Notes under the pieces: generated by a model
Told to the model about the DNA's origin: nothing
Seen by the model: the letters and a program-made list of their open reading frames with translations, nothing else
Database searches by the model: none
Part shown: positions 1-9,380 of the stretch, in pieces
How the letters are laid out: each line of letters starts with the position of its first letter
How positions within the stretch are numbered: the first letter of the stretch is position 1
Made by a program: the position numbers and the translations under genes
DNA from: Methanobacteriota archaeon
GTDB taxonomy: Archaea; Thermoplasmatota; Thermoplasmata; RBG-16-68-12
Length of the DNA stretch: 64,000 nt
Reading direction: 5' to 3'
Assembly: GCA_005878615.1 (NCBI GenBank)
Contig: VBLT01000105.1
Location: 3,414-67,413, forward strand

Positions 1-1
1 G

Positions 2-94
2 ATCGAGGGGCACTGCGAAGTCTGCGGCGTGTACTCCACGAATTTGATGTGGGATCGGAACTTGCTCGCGTGCCCGGAGTGTCGCGGCGGCTGA
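2..94 (+). CDS. 3' end of a protein with a C-terminal zinc ribbon (partial; possibly a CBS-domain + Zn-ribbon protein)
   Basis: Frame 2 reads IEGHCEVCGVYSTNLMWDRNLLACPECRGG*, with two CxxC pairs; 5' part lies outside the window. Confidence 0.6.
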   Translation: MEGHCEVCGVYSTNLMWDRNLLACPECRGG

Positions 95-136
95 ACGTCC
101 CGCCCGATGGAGCCACGGGAATAACCAGCGCGGAAG

Positions 137-143
137 TTTTATA
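137..143 (+). promoter_or_regulatory. Putative archaeal TATA box (near-leaderless transcript)
   Basis: TTTTATA in GC-rich context, about 26 nt upstream of the GTG at 170. Confidence 0.5.
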
Positions 144-169
144 GTCCGCCCCCAGGTTCGTGCGGCCCA

Positions 170-577
170 GTGCCGCGCTCCGTGAAGGTCTCCCAGCAGG
201 AGCTCGATTCTATCCGGAAACTGTACGAGAGCGTCATGTCGTACGCGTGCCACGGCCTCTTCTTCCGCGAGGGGATGGTCCTCGCGGAGGACGTGACCCG
301 GAACCTGCCGCTCGGGGAAGATCCCCTCGAGGCGGGGAAGCAGGTGATCCTCGAGCGCGGCTGGGCCGAGGACGTGCTTTTCACGGACTCCGGCGCCCGG
401 GTGCGCGGCTCGATCGAGGCCATGCCGGGCGGGGAGATGGAGACCTGTCATCGCCTCCGCGGGATCCTCTCGAAGCTGTTGGAGGCGAAGACGAAACATC
501 GGGTTCGGCTCGCGGAAGTCGAGTGCGTCAGCACGGGAGCCCGCGAGTGCGTGTTCGAGCGGGAGGCCGGCGCATGA
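170..577 (+). CDS. V4R (4-vinyl reductase) domain protein
   Basis: 135 aa; GW..., SIEA, ETCHRLRGIL, EVECVSTGARECVF follow the V4R cysteine pattern. Confidence 0.8.
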   Translation: MPRSVKVSQQELDSIRKLYESVMSYACHGLFFREGMVLAEDVTRNLPLGEDPLEAGKQVILERGWAEDVLFTDSGARVRGSIEAMPGGEMETCHRLRGILSKLLEAKTKHRVRLAEVECVSTGARECVFEREAGA

Positions 578-933
578 GCACGGTCCTCCGAGAAATGGTC
601 CACGCCCTCCGCACGGTGACGAAGGCGGAAGCGGTCGCCCTGATCAACCGCGACGGGTCCCTCGTGGCGACCGCCCTCCCGGAAGGCATCTCGCAAGAGA
701 CCTTCTCGATCATGTGCGCCGCGATCCTGGGAGCCGGGATGACGGCGGCGACCGAACTCGGTCATGCCGCCCCGCATCGCATCTTGATGGAGTCGGAGGA
801 TGCGACCTTCTTGATTCAGGAAGTAGGACGGCGGGCGATGCTCGTCCTCGTCGTACCTCCGGAACGCCGGCTCTCCGAGTTCGAGACGGCCCTGGAGCGA
901 TTCTCCCAAGCGGCCTCCAAGGATTTGGGCTGA
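574..933 (+). CDS. Roadblock/LC7 (MglB-like) domain protein
   Basis: MSTVLREMV...AVALINRDGSLVATALP...FSIMCAAILGAG; ATGA overlap with the upstream stop. The ORF-track extension to 160 is spurious. Confidence 0.85.
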   Translation: MSTVLREMVHALRTVTKAEAVALINRDGSLVATALPEGISQETFSIMCAAILGAGMTAATELGHAAPHRILMESEDATFLIQEVGRRAMLVLVVPPERRLSEFETALERFSQAASKDLG

Positions 934-977
934 ACCCTCCGAGAAGCCTTAATCCCTCCCCGCCGGTTCGTGGCCGC

Positions 978-1050
978 GGGCCCGTGGTCTAGTGGTTAGG
1001 ATGCGACTCTTACAAAGTCGAGATCGTCGGTTCGATTCCGACCGGGCCCA
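978..1050 (+). tRNA. tRNA-Val(TAC)
   Basis: GGGCCCG/CGGGCCC acceptor stem, anticodon arm CGACT-CTTACAA-AGTCG, GTTCGATTC T-loop; CCA not encoded. Confidence 0.95.
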
Positions 1051-1074
1051 TGTTTTCTGCGGGGACGCAAGGCG

Positions 1075-1416
1075 TCAGACATGCCGTCGAAGGACGACGC
1101 TGATCACGCGTCGATAGAACGGCAGGCCGACGACGCAGCCGATGGTCGAGAGGACGGATCCGAGGCCGAGGGCGAACGAAGGCGGAAGGTACCGGAGGAA
1201 GTAACCCGCGGATCCGGCGATGCCCAGGAGCCAGAGGCCGAGGATGGCGAACAAGGACGGCCTCAGGGCGAGCATACCAACTAGGAGGGCGGACAGGAAG
1301 GCGGCGAGATAGCCGAGCGCTTCCCCCGGCAAATGAAGGACGAGTCCTCCCCATGCGAGGAACGGGATCTCCATCGCTCCGATCAGGACCAATCCGAGCT
1401 TCCATTTCCAACGCAC
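1075..1416 (-). CDS. Small integral membrane protein, hypothetical
   Basis: 113 aa, about 4 hydrophobic segments; directly downstream of the phosphoesterase. Confidence 0.65.
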   Translation of the reverse strand: MRWKWKLGLVLIGAMEIPFLAWGGLVLHLPGEALGYLAAFLSALLVGMLALRPSLFAILGLWLLGIAGSAGYFLRYLPPSFALGLGSVLSTIGCVVGLPFYRRVISVVLRRHV

Positions 1417-1425
1417 GACACCGCC

Positions 1426-2196
1426 TCACTGCCGGTAGTCTTCTGGTCGAAAGCCCAGGTCGACCTGGATGTCCCGCAAGCGGCCCAGGTTCGTGCCGTC
1501 GAGCAGATGGATCGCGGCGTCGTCGACCCGGACGATGTCCTTTTCGAACAAGGGCCCGAGGAACCGCGCGCGAATGTCGTTGACGGGCATCCCTCCGCAG
1601 AGCTCGTTGAAGGCCGGCACGACGATCGCCTCTTTCGGCAGCTTCGGATATCGCTTGTGCTTCCGCAGGAAAGGGACGCGCATCCAACACGGCACGATTT
1701 GACGATGCCCCATCGCGTCCCGGAACGCGGCCGCGGGATGGTTGTGGCCCATCACGAGCACCTTCGATTCCATGACCTTCTTGTACGGCCACGCATGTCC
1801 GTGACAGAATCCGGCGTCATCGAGTCGGAACCCGTACGCGGGCTTGAACCGAACGTTACGCGGCACGATGTGCTTCAACTGGCCGTCGTGGTTCCCTTGG
1901 GCGATGTAGATTTCCTTGAAGACGGCCCCGAGGTCTCGGAAGAACACGTACACATCGCGTCGTTCGCGCGACGCCATCTTCGGGACGAGGTGCTTGACAT
2001 CGCCGAGGACGATGAGTCGGCTCGCACCGCGTCGGTCGGCGATCTCCGCGAGCTTTCGCCCCATGCCCTCCGCGCGGCTCGGGATGCGGATGCCTTTCTC
2101 CTGCAATTCCTCTTCGAGGCCGATGTGGAGGTCGGCCACGACGAGGGCGTCGTCCGCCATGAGCACCGGTTCATCGGGCACCGGTTCGAGTTCCAC
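1426..2196 (-). CDS. Metallophosphoesterase (calcineurin-like superfamily)
   Basis: Motifs DLH, LGD, GNHD, HGH, GHNH, PAFN. Confidence 0.9.
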   Translation of the reverse strand: MELEPVPDEPVLMADDALVVADLHIGLEEELQEKGIRIPSRAEGMGRKLAEIADRRGASRLIVLGDVKHLVPKMASRERRDVYVFFRDLGAVFKEIYIAQGNHDGQLKHIVPRNVRFKPAYGFRLDDAGFCHGHAWPYKKVMESKVLVMGHNHPAAAFRDAMGHRQIVPCWMRVPFLRKHKRYPKLPKEAIVVPAFNELCGGMPVNDIRARFLGPLFEKDIVRVDDAAIHLLDGTNLGRLRDIQVDLGFRPEDYRQ

Positions 2197-2265
2197 GGTG
2201 GCTCGAACGACCGAAGTTCGCTTAATAATTGTGCGACTTCGGCGGACTGCATCGCGCGCGAGCGA

Positions 2266-3702
2266 TCAGAGGAACTTCGCGAGGACCCGTCCGAGGTTGT
2301 TCGCCACGTCGACGGATGTGAGGCCGTAGCTCTTCTCCTCGAAGGCGAGGTCTCCCGCCGCCCCGTTCATGAACGCGGCGAGCCGCGCCGCGTCGTACGG
2401 CGTCATGCCCTTCGCGATCAGTCCCGCAGTCAGTCCGCACAAGACGTCTCCCGTCCCGCCCGTCGTCATCCCGGGATTCCCGGTGTAATTGAATTTCAGC
2501 CGGACTCCATCGGACACGATGTCGACCGCGCCTTTCAGGAGCACGGTCGCCCCGAGGCTCTTCGCGGCCTCCCGAACGATCGGCGCCCGCTCGTCGGGTC
2601 CCTCCGGCAGGGCCCTGCCGGTCAGGGTTTGGAACTCGCGGGAGTGCGGGGTCAGGACCACCTTCTTTCCGGCGAGGCATTTCGGATCGCCGGCGACGGC
2701 CCGAATCGCGTCCGCGTCGAGGACCATCGGGAGGTGGAGGCCTCGCACGACCTCGCGGATGGCGTCCAAGGTCCCTTCGACGTCGCCGAGGCCTGGACCG
2801 ATCGCGACCGCATCGGCCCGCGGGGCGAGTTCGAGGATCTGCCGCAGGTCTTCGCGGAGGAGGCGGTGGCCGACCAGGGGATGCACGATGAACGTCGGCG
2901 AGTATCCGGCGACGACGGTCGCCGCCAAGGCCGGCGTCGCGATGTGGGCCAAATCGATGCCGACTCCGAACGCGCCGAAAGCGACCAAGGCCGGGGCCCC
3001 CGTGTACGGCCCCCCGGCGATGACGAGGAGCCGGCCGTTTTCCCCCTTGTGGCTCGTCGCCTTCGGGATCGGGTAGAGGAGGAACTCGCCGGGACCGATC
3101 ATCGTGACGACTTTTGGCGGGATGCCGATGTCCACGATCCGGATTCGACCGGAGTTTTCCGGCGTCATTCCTTCCTTGGCGTCGTGGAGCGCGACGCTCA
3201 CCGTGGGCCGCACCATCAGATCGGTCCCGAATCCGCTCGGGACGTCCACGCTGATCACGGGCTTGCCCGATGCGTTCACCTGTCGCACGAGGGAGGCGAA
3301 CGGCTCGCGGAGGCTCCCCCCCGCTCCGATTCCCAGGAGCGCGTCGATGATGAGATCCGCCTCGGCGATCGCCTCTTCGCTCCGGTCGAGGCCCGCGAGG
3401 ATTTGGGCGTCCCGGAGGCGTTCGAAGTTCGTCTGGGCCTCCTTCGTGTCGAACTGGTCGGGCGACCGAGCGAGCAGGACCGTGATGCGCGCGTCCTTCG
3501 CGAGGTGGCGGGCCGCGACGAGCCCGTCGCCGCCGTTGTTGCCCGTCCCGCAGAGGACGAGCACCGCCTTGCGCGCGGCCCCGAACTCGGTCCGGGCGAC
3601 TTCCGCGACGGCCTTTCCCGCGTTCTCCATGAGATCCAAGGTGGGGACGCCGAAGGACTGGGCGTTCCGATCGAGGACGCGCATCTCGAGCGGAGAAATC
3701 AT
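2266..3702 (-). CDS. nnr: Bifunctional NAD(P)H-hydrate epimerase/dehydratase
   Basis: LMENAG, GNNGGDG, DVPSG, SHKGENG, GPGLG, LTPH, GGTGDVL. Confidence 0.93.
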   Translation of the reverse strand: MISPLEMRVLDRNAQSFGVPTLDLMENAGKAVAEVARTEFGAARKAVLVLCGTGNNGGDGLVAARHLAKDARITVLLARSPDQFDTKEAQTNFERLRDAQILAGLDRSEEAIAEADLIIDALLGIGAGGSLREPFASLVRQVNASGKPVISVDVPSGFGTDLMVRPTVSVALHDAKEGMTPENSGRIRIVDIGIPPKVVTMIGPGEFLLYPIPKATSHKGENGRLLVIAGGPYTGAPALVAFGAFGVGIDLAHIATPALAATVVAGYSPTFIVHPLVGHRLLREDLRQILELAPRADAVAIGPGLGDVEGTLDAIREVVRGLHLPMVLDADAIRAVAGDPKCLAGKKVVLTPHSREFQTLTGRALPEGPDERAPIVREAAKSLGATVLLKGAVDIVSDGVRLKFNYTGNPGMTTGGTGDVLCGLTAGLIAKGMTPYDAARLAAFMNGAAGDLAFEEKSYGLTSVDVANNLGRVLAKFL

Positions 3703-3775
3703 CCGCCGCGGATTCGGCCGTCGCTAGTTAAACGTTGGCCGCGAGGTTAAGAACGGAGGCTTGTTTCCCCCGGCA

Positions 3776-4846
3776 ATGGACCTCGGGCCCCTCCGCCCGT
3801 ACACCTGGGCGGTCCTCCTCGGCCTCTTCGTCCCTCTCAGCTGGATCCTCGAGGTAATGTTCGGGCCGGCCGCGATCGTGTTCGCGGCCGCTGGGATCGC
3901 GATCGTCCCGCTCGCCTGGTTCCTGGGACTTGCGACGGAAGAACTCGGCAAACACGCGGGCCCCGGCGTCGGCGGCCTCCTCAACGCGACCTTCGGCAAC
4001 GCGACCGAACTGATCATCGCGATCTTCGCCCTGTCGAGCGGCCTCACGGAGGTCGTCAAAGCCTCCCTCACGGGCTCGATCATCGGGAACGTCCTCCTCG
4101 TCCTCGGCGTGAGCATGCTCGCGGGAGGGTTGCGCCACAAATCGCAGACCTTCTCGCGGGAGGCGTCCGGGATCCAGGTCACGATGTTCGTCGTGGCCGT
4201 GATCGCCCTCGTGATGCCGGCCCTGTACGCGCTGTCGACCGGGGCCTCGCAGGACGTCGCCTTGCAGGAAATGAGCCTCGGCATCGCGGGGATCCTCCTC
4301 GTGGCCTACGGCTTGGGACTCCTGTTCTCCCTTCGCACGCATCGCGACATCTTCAATCCGGTGACGGAGGTCGTCGAGGAGCCGCGGTGGACGAAGCGCT
4401 TCGCCCTCGGCGTCTTGGTCGTGTCGACGACCCTCGTCGCGGTCGAAAGCGAACTGCTCGTTGGCTCGCTGGCGTCCGCGAGGACGGCCCTCGGTCTCAA
4501 GGACCTCTTCATCGGGGTGATCATCGTGGCCATCGTTGGCAATGCCGCGGAGCATGGCAGCGCGGTCCTCATGGCCTGGCGGAACAAGATGGATCTCAGC
4601 GTGGCGATCGCGACGACGTCTACGACGCAGGTGGCCCTCTTCGTCGCGCCCGTCCTCGTATTCGCATCCCTCCTGACGGGCCGCCTCATGACCCTCAACT
4701 TCGAAATCTTCGAGCTCGCGGCCCTCGCCCTCTCCGCCGCGGTCTTCGCCGCCGTCGTGTCCGACGGCCGAAGCAACTGGTACGAAGGGGCCCTCCTGAT
4801 CCTCGTGTACGCGGTGATGGCGGTGGCGTTCTTCTTCCACCCGTGA
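3776..4846 (+). CDS. cax: Ca2+/H+ exchanger (CaCA family)
   Basis: Alpha-repeat motifs GNATELII and GNAAEH; SNWYEG; multi-TM. Confidence 0.92.
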   Translation: MDLGPLRPYTWAVLLGLFVPLSWILEVMFGPAAIVFAAAGIAIVPLAWFLGLATEELGKHAGPGVGGLLNATFGNATELIIAIFALSSGLTEVVKASLTGSIIGNVLLVLGVSMLAGGLRHKSQTFSREASGIQVTMFVVAVIALVMPALYALSTGASQDVALQEMSLGIAGILLVAYGLGLLFSLRTHRDIFNPVTEVVEEPRWTKRFALGVLVVSTTLVAVESELLVGSLASARTALGLKDLFIGVIIVAIVGNAAEHGSAVLMAWRNKMDLSVAIATTSTTQVALFVAPVLVFASLLTGRLMTLNFEIFELAALALSAAVFAAVVSDGRSNWYEGALLILVYAVMAVAFFFHP

Positions 4847-4850
4847 TCCC

Positions 4851-6041
4851 ATGGCCTCCCGCAAGACCCTAGCCTACGGACTCACCGCGAACGTCGTCAT
4901 CCTCGGGGTCATCTCCCTCTTCACCGACGTCAGCAGCGAGATGATCCTGCCGATCCTTCCGTTCTTCCTGACGCAGGTCCTCCTGGCGAGCCCGCTCGTC
5001 GTCGGACTCGTGGAAGGCACGGCCGATAGCGTCGTCTCGTTCATGAAAATCTTCTCCGGCTGGTTTTCCGACGCCGCGGGAAAACGCAAGCGCTTCGTCG
5101 GCGTGGGATACGGACTCTCGACAGCGATGAAAGTCCTGTTCCCGTTCGCCCAGACCTGGCCTCAGTTCTTCGCGATGCGAATCGTCGAGCGCACCGGGAA
5201 GGGGATACGCGACGCCCCGCGGGACGCCCTCCTCACCGAATCGACGCCGCCGGAGACGCGCGGGAAAGCCTTCGGCTTCCACCGGAGCATGGACACCGCC
5301 GGTGCGATCGCGGGCCCGATCGTCACCCTGGTCCTGCTGAGTACGGTGGCGGCCGCTTTGACGCTCAACGACGCTTACCGGCTCATCCTCGGACTCGCGG
5401 CGATCCCCGCCGTGGTCTCCGTCCTCGTCATCCTGTTCGTCCGCGAGCCCGAACGGAAGCCCCAGAGACGGCAATCCCTTCGGATGACGTTCCGCGGGAT
5501 CCCGAGGCCCCTCCTCGTCTTCATCGGGATCGCGGCGGTCTTCTCCTTCGCCGATTTCTCCTACGTCTTCATCCTGCTGCGCGCCGGCCTCGTGTACGGG
5601 ACGACGATCGCGATCCTCCTCTACGTCCTGTACAACATCGTCTACGCAGCCCACGCGTTTCCTGCGGGGATCCTCTCCGATCGCTACGGCCGAAAGCCGG
5701 TGGTCCTCCTGGGATACATCGCGTTCGTCGCCATGGCGGCCCTCCTCGCCCTCTCCGCCGACCTCCGAGTCCTCGTCCTCGGATTCATCTTGTACGGGTT
5801 GAGCTACGGCATGGCGGAGGGCACCCAACGCGCCCTCGTGGCGGACTTCGCTCCGACGGAGACGAAGGCCACCGTCCTGGGCGCCTACCATACGAGCGTG
5901 GGCGTGGTAAAACTCGGCTCGGGTCTGGTCGCGGGATTGCTGTTCACGATTCAGCCTCAGGCGACGTTCCTGTTCGGGGCCGTGGTCGCGGCCGGTGCCA
6001 CGGTCGCGCTCTTCCTCTGGCGGCCTCCCGCTAGGTCCTGA
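4851..6041 (+). CDS. MFS transporter
   Basis: About 12 TM; FTDVSSEMI, ERTGKGIRDAPRD, LSDRYGRK. Confidence 0.9.
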   Translation: MASRKTLAYGLTANVVILGVISLFTDVSSEMILPILPFFLTQVLLASPLVVGLVEGTADSVVSFMKIFSGWFSDAAGKRKRFVGVGYGLSTAMKVLFPFAQTWPQFFAMRIVERTGKGIRDAPRDALLTESTPPETRGKAFGFHRSMDTAGAIAGPIVTLVLLSTVAAALTLNDAYRLILGLAAIPAVVSVLVILFVREPERKPQRRQSLRMTFRGIPRPLLVFIGIAAVFSFADFSYVFILLRAGLVYGTTIAILLYVLYNIVYAAHAFPAGILSDRYGRKPVVLLGYIAFVAMAALLALSADLRVLVLGFILYGLSYGMAEGTQRALVADFAPTETKATVLGAYHTSVGVVKLGSGLVAGLLFTIQPQATFLFGAVVAAGATVALFLWRPPARS

Positions 6042-6339
6042 GTTTCCGGCCGAGACGGCGCTCCACGTCCTTGACCTTCGCGTCGAGCTGTCCGGAGACG
6101 CCTTTTCGATCGTCGATTTTCAGGATCGTCGACACGCGTTCGCAATCCTCCGCGACCGCCTTGTGGCATCGGGCGACGAGTTTCAAGACGTCGTCCAATT
6201 CGCCCTCGACGACCGTGCCCATCGCATTGAGTCGGTACGGCAAGCCGCTGCGGTCGACGATGTCGAGGCATCGTGCGACGTAGGCGCCGACGCTGGCACC
6301 TTTCCCCACGGGTGTCACGCTGAATTCGGCGACGGTCAT
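6031..6339 (-). CDS. MTH1187/YkoF family thiamine-binding-like protein
   Basis: AEFSVTPVG...YRLNAMGTVVEG...KIDDR. Confidence 0.88.
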   Translation of the reverse strand: MTVAEFSVTPVGKGASVGAYVARCLDIVDRSGLPYRLNAMGTVVEGELDDVLKLVARCHKAVAEDCERVSTILKIDDRKGVSGQLDAKVKDVERRLGRKLRT

Positions 6340-6386
6340 GTGGAATTCCCGTCAGACTGATATGCCGTCGGCCATTTGCAAGTTGC

Positions 6387-7118
6387 GTGGCGATCGACTA
6401 TTCGCGACGCGCCCCTGACTACGACGCAGTCCGAGCGGACGACCTCACCGATCGGGCCTTCTGGCTTCAGGGCCTGATCGAGGTCGGCGAGATCCAACCG
6501 CGAGAACGGGTGCTCGACCTGGGAGCGGGAACCGGGCGGTTCTCGGCCCTCCTGCAGACGACCAACCCGGTCGTGGCCCTCGATCGATCCGCCGAGATGC
6601 TCGCGGTCGCACGCGGGAAGGCTTCGTTCCCGTGCATCCGCGGCGATGGGCACGCGCTCCCCATCCGCCGAGGCGCCGTGGACGTCACGTTGCTCGTGAT
6701 GGTCCTGCAACACTTGGCGAACCCGGGCGCGGTGCTTAGCGAAGTCGCCCGCGTGTCTCGTCGGGTCGTCATCGCGACCGTGGACCTCGAAAGGCGGCCG
6801 AAGACGATCCTCGAGGAAGCCTTTCCGAGTCTCCTGGAAGTCGATCGCGCCCGCTTCCCGCGAATCGATGCGATCGTCGCCGACCTGACCTCGGCAGGAT
6901 TCGGCCGGATCCGAGTCGAGGAGAGGCCGTACCGGCGGACGTTCACGGTGGAACAACAACTGGATCGGGTACGCCGCAAGTACCTCTCGACGTTCGACCT
7001 GCTTCCGCCGGGGGAATTCGAGGAAGGCATGCGGTTCCTCGAGCGGGAAATGGCGAAGCGCTTCGGGGATCGGTTCGAGCTTGCGTCGAACATCACGTTC
7101 GTAGCCGGGACAAGGTGA
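6387..7118 (+). CDS. Class I SAM-dependent methyltransferase
   Basis: VLDLGAGTG, ALDRSAEML, GDGHALP. Confidence 0.85.
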   Translation: MAIDYSRRAPDYDAVRADDLTDRAFWLQGLIEVGEIQPRERVLDLGAGTGRFSALLQTTNPVVALDRSAEMLAVARGKASFPCIRGDGHALPIRRGAVDVTLLVMVLQHLANPGAVLSEVARVSRRVVIATVDLERRPKTILEEAFPSLLEVDRARFPRIDAIVADLTSAGFGRIRVEERPYRRTFTVEQQLDRVRRKYLSTFDLLPPGEFEEGMRFLEREMAKRFGDRFELASNITFVAGTR

Positions 7119-7614
7119 AGGTCGCCATGGCTTCACACCGCGGGCAGAAAGCCCGGCCCTTGCGGTCCGTGTCCTCCAACTTCTCCGAGAAGTGCATCAC
7201 GCAGTCGGGGTTCGCATCGTCATGGTACAGGCCGAACGTGTGGCCGAGTTCATGGATTGCGGTCTTGGCGGATCGCTCCATCAGCTTGTCCGGTCCGTCG
7301 TCCCCGAATCGAGCGATCGAGATCACCGCGAACCGATCCCGGATCGTCGCGTGACCGAACACGAAATTGAGTCCCCCGTCGTACAGGTCGACATCGGTCA
7401 CGGCGAGGACACGGTCCCCCGGCTCTCTGGCCAGGGCTTTCTCGAACTCGGAGGCGAGGTACTGGACGTGGCCGTCCCGCTCCCGAGACGTGAAGGTGCG
7501 GGGGACGGCCGCCGCGGTGGAGAGGCCCACCTCGGCGATTTCGTCGAGCTCGTCGCGGAGGTACTCGAGGATTCGGGGATTGACGTTCCCGTAGGGCTTG
7601 ATTGTGAGGATCAA
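7093..7614 (-). CDS. Archaemetzincin-family Zn metalloprotease
   Basis: DLYDGGLNFVFG, HELGHTFGLYH, CVMHFS, FCPRC; TTG start overlaps the rtcB stop. Confidence 0.88.
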   Translation of the reverse strand: MILTIKPYGNVNPRILEYLRDELDEIAEVGLSTAAAVPRTFTSRERDGHVQYLASEFEKALAREPGDRVLAVTDVDLYDGGLNFVFGHATIRDRFAVISIARFGDDGPDKLMERSAKTAIHELGHTFGLYHDDANPDCVMHFSEKLEDTDRKGRAFCPRCEAMATFTLSRLRT

Positions 7615-9071
7615 CCTTTCACGACCCCGAGGGGGACCATCCGGGCGACGATCTTCGTCAGGCCCGCTCCTTCGGCGACCCGGACGACGTCTTCCACGTT
7701 CTTGTAGGCACCGGGGGCCTCTTCGACGATCCCCGCGCGGGATGCCGCGTGCACGTAGATCCCGCGCCGCTCGAGGGACTGGAGGACCTCGTTGGCAGAA
7801 TAGGTGCGCGTCGCGGCCTTCCGCGACATCTGGCGGCCGGCCCCGTGGCAGCTCGAGCCGAAGGATAGGTCCATCGCGGCCGGCTGGCCGACGAGGACGA
7901 AGGAACAGGTGCCCATGTCGCCGGGGATGAGGACGGGTTGCCCCACGTCCCTGTAGGTCGCCGGCGTCTCCGGGTGACCGGCCGGGAAGGCTCGGGTCGC
8001 GCCCTTGCGGTGCACGAGGACCTTGCGCCGACCGCCCGCCGCGACGTGTTCCTCGACCTTGCCGATGTTGTGACACACGTCGTAGACGATCCCCATGCCA
8101 AGGGCGTCCGCGGGGCGACCGAGGACGTCCGCGAAGGCGTTCCGCACCCCGAAGGTGATCAGCTGCCGGTTGTTCCACGCGAAGTTCGCGCCGCAGCACA
8201 TGGCCTTCCAGTAGTCCTGTCCTTCCTTCGAGCCGATCGGAGCACAGGCCAACTGAAGGTCGGGCAATTCGATCTTCTCTCGCTTCACGACCCGTTCGCA
8301 GACGTCGATGTAGTCCGTCGCGATCTGATGTCCGAACCCCCGGGAACCGGTGTGCACCATGATCGCCACGCTCCCGACCGATTCGAGCCCGAGCGCTTTG
8401 GCGGCGCGTTCATCGTACACCCGGTCGACCTTCTGGATTTCCAGGAAATGGTTGCCCGCCCCGAGGCTGCCCACCTGGTCCTTGCCTCGCGTGGTGGCGC
8501 GGTCGCTCACGTGGGAGAAATCGGCGTCGGGCAGGCGACCTTTCGCCTCGATGTGGTCGGGATCCTCCGGCCACGCATACCCTTTGCCGACCGACCACTC
8601 GATTCCGTCGGTCGCCATCTTCGACAAGTCCTGCCGCGAGATCTTCACCAGACCTCCCTCCCCCACGCCGCTCGGGACGTTCTTGAAGCAGGCGTCCGTC
8701 AAGGCCCGGAGGTGCGGCCGCACCTCGGATTCCGTCAGGTTCGTCCGGATGAGCCGTACGCCGCAGTTGATGTCGTATCCGATCCCTCCCGGGGAAATCA
8801 CCCCGTCCTCGTAGTCGAAGGCGGCGACCCCGCCGATCGGAAACCCGTATCCCCAATGGATGTCCGGCATCGCCATCGATTGGCCGACGATCCCCGGCAT
8901 CGTCGCCACGTTGGCGACCTGTTCCGGAGCCCGGTCCTGGCGGAGCAGCGGGAGCAGCGGCTCATCGATGAAGATGAGGCCGTCCGTCCGCATTTCACGT
9001 TTGTAGGTCCGCGGGATCTGGTATCGAAAGCGGTCCACCTTTTCCAAGGGACCGTTCCAGCCTTCGACCAT
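7611..9071 (-). CDS. rtcB: RNA-splicing ligase RtcB
   Basis: MPDIHWGYGFPIGG, DINCGVR, GNHFLE, HTGSRG, HRKGAT, HGAGR, EEAPGAYK. Confidence 0.97.
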   Translation of the reverse strand: MVEGWNGPLEKVDRFRYQIPRTYKREMRTDGLIFIDEPLLPLLRQDRAPEQVANVATMPGIVGQSMAMPDIHWGYGFPIGGVAAFDYEDGVISPGGIGYDINCGVRLIRTNLTESEVRPHLRALTDACFKNVPSGVGEGGLVKISRQDLSKMATDGIEWSVGKGYAWPEDPDHIEAKGRLPDADFSHVSDRATTRGKDQVGSLGAGNHFLEIQKVDRVYDERAAKALGLESVGSVAIMVHTGSRGFGHQIATDYIDVCERVVKREKIELPDLQLACAPIGSKEGQDYWKAMCCGANFAWNNRQLITFGVRNAFADVLGRPADALGMGIVYDVCHNIGKVEEHVAAGGRRKVLVHRKGATRAFPAGHPETPATYRDVGQPVLIPGDMGTCSFVLVGQPAAMDLSFGSSCHGAGRQMSRKAATRTYSANEVLQSLERRGIYVHAASRAGIVEEAPGAYKNVEDVVRVAEGAGLTKIVARMVPLGVVKG

Positions 9072-9380
9072 TGGCACCGGGAGGAGGAACAAACGAAAGA
9101 GTGCACATAAACGTTCTTGCGGCTTTTGGGAGGCAGTCGCAAACTATATGGTCGGCCATGTCATCGTCTGCCACGGGTTGGGACGAGCTCCGGAACCGCT
9201 GCTCTCGCGCCGCCTTCGGGTGGGCATATGCGGCCGGGATTCGCGGGCCGAGGAAGCCCTGACGAGGGGGAGGAATCGGGTACGCCGCGGCCTTGCGAGC
9301 GACCTGAGCTCGTCGCTCCCTTTTCCCTGAAAACGTAAATGGGTCGCTCCTGGTGGCACACCGGTCGTGCGACGAACGCC

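Noticed and set aside
1333-3750. 805-aa + strand ORF, and similar long ORFs such as 11818-12966, 28616-30697, 54676-56553 and 62430-63929
   Set aside because: Antisense shadows of clearly identifiable genes, as expected in high-GC DNA; no motifs
7093-8199. Apparent 368-aa ORF or RtcB-archaemetzincin fusion
   Set aside because: The N-terminal part is an alternative frame of rtcB; the genes simply overlap at TTGA. The same applies to the extensions of ORFs 160-933, 14245-16275, 16480-17727, 21805-22863, 37920-39983 and 59190-60788
9259-9350. Hammerhead-like CTGACGA ... GAAA
   Set aside because: Stems I and III and the NUH cleavage site cannot be formed convincingly
9240-9360. RNase P or SRP RNA (GAGGAAG motif)
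   Set aside because: No complementary 3' P4 strand and no SRP helix-8 motif found on either strand
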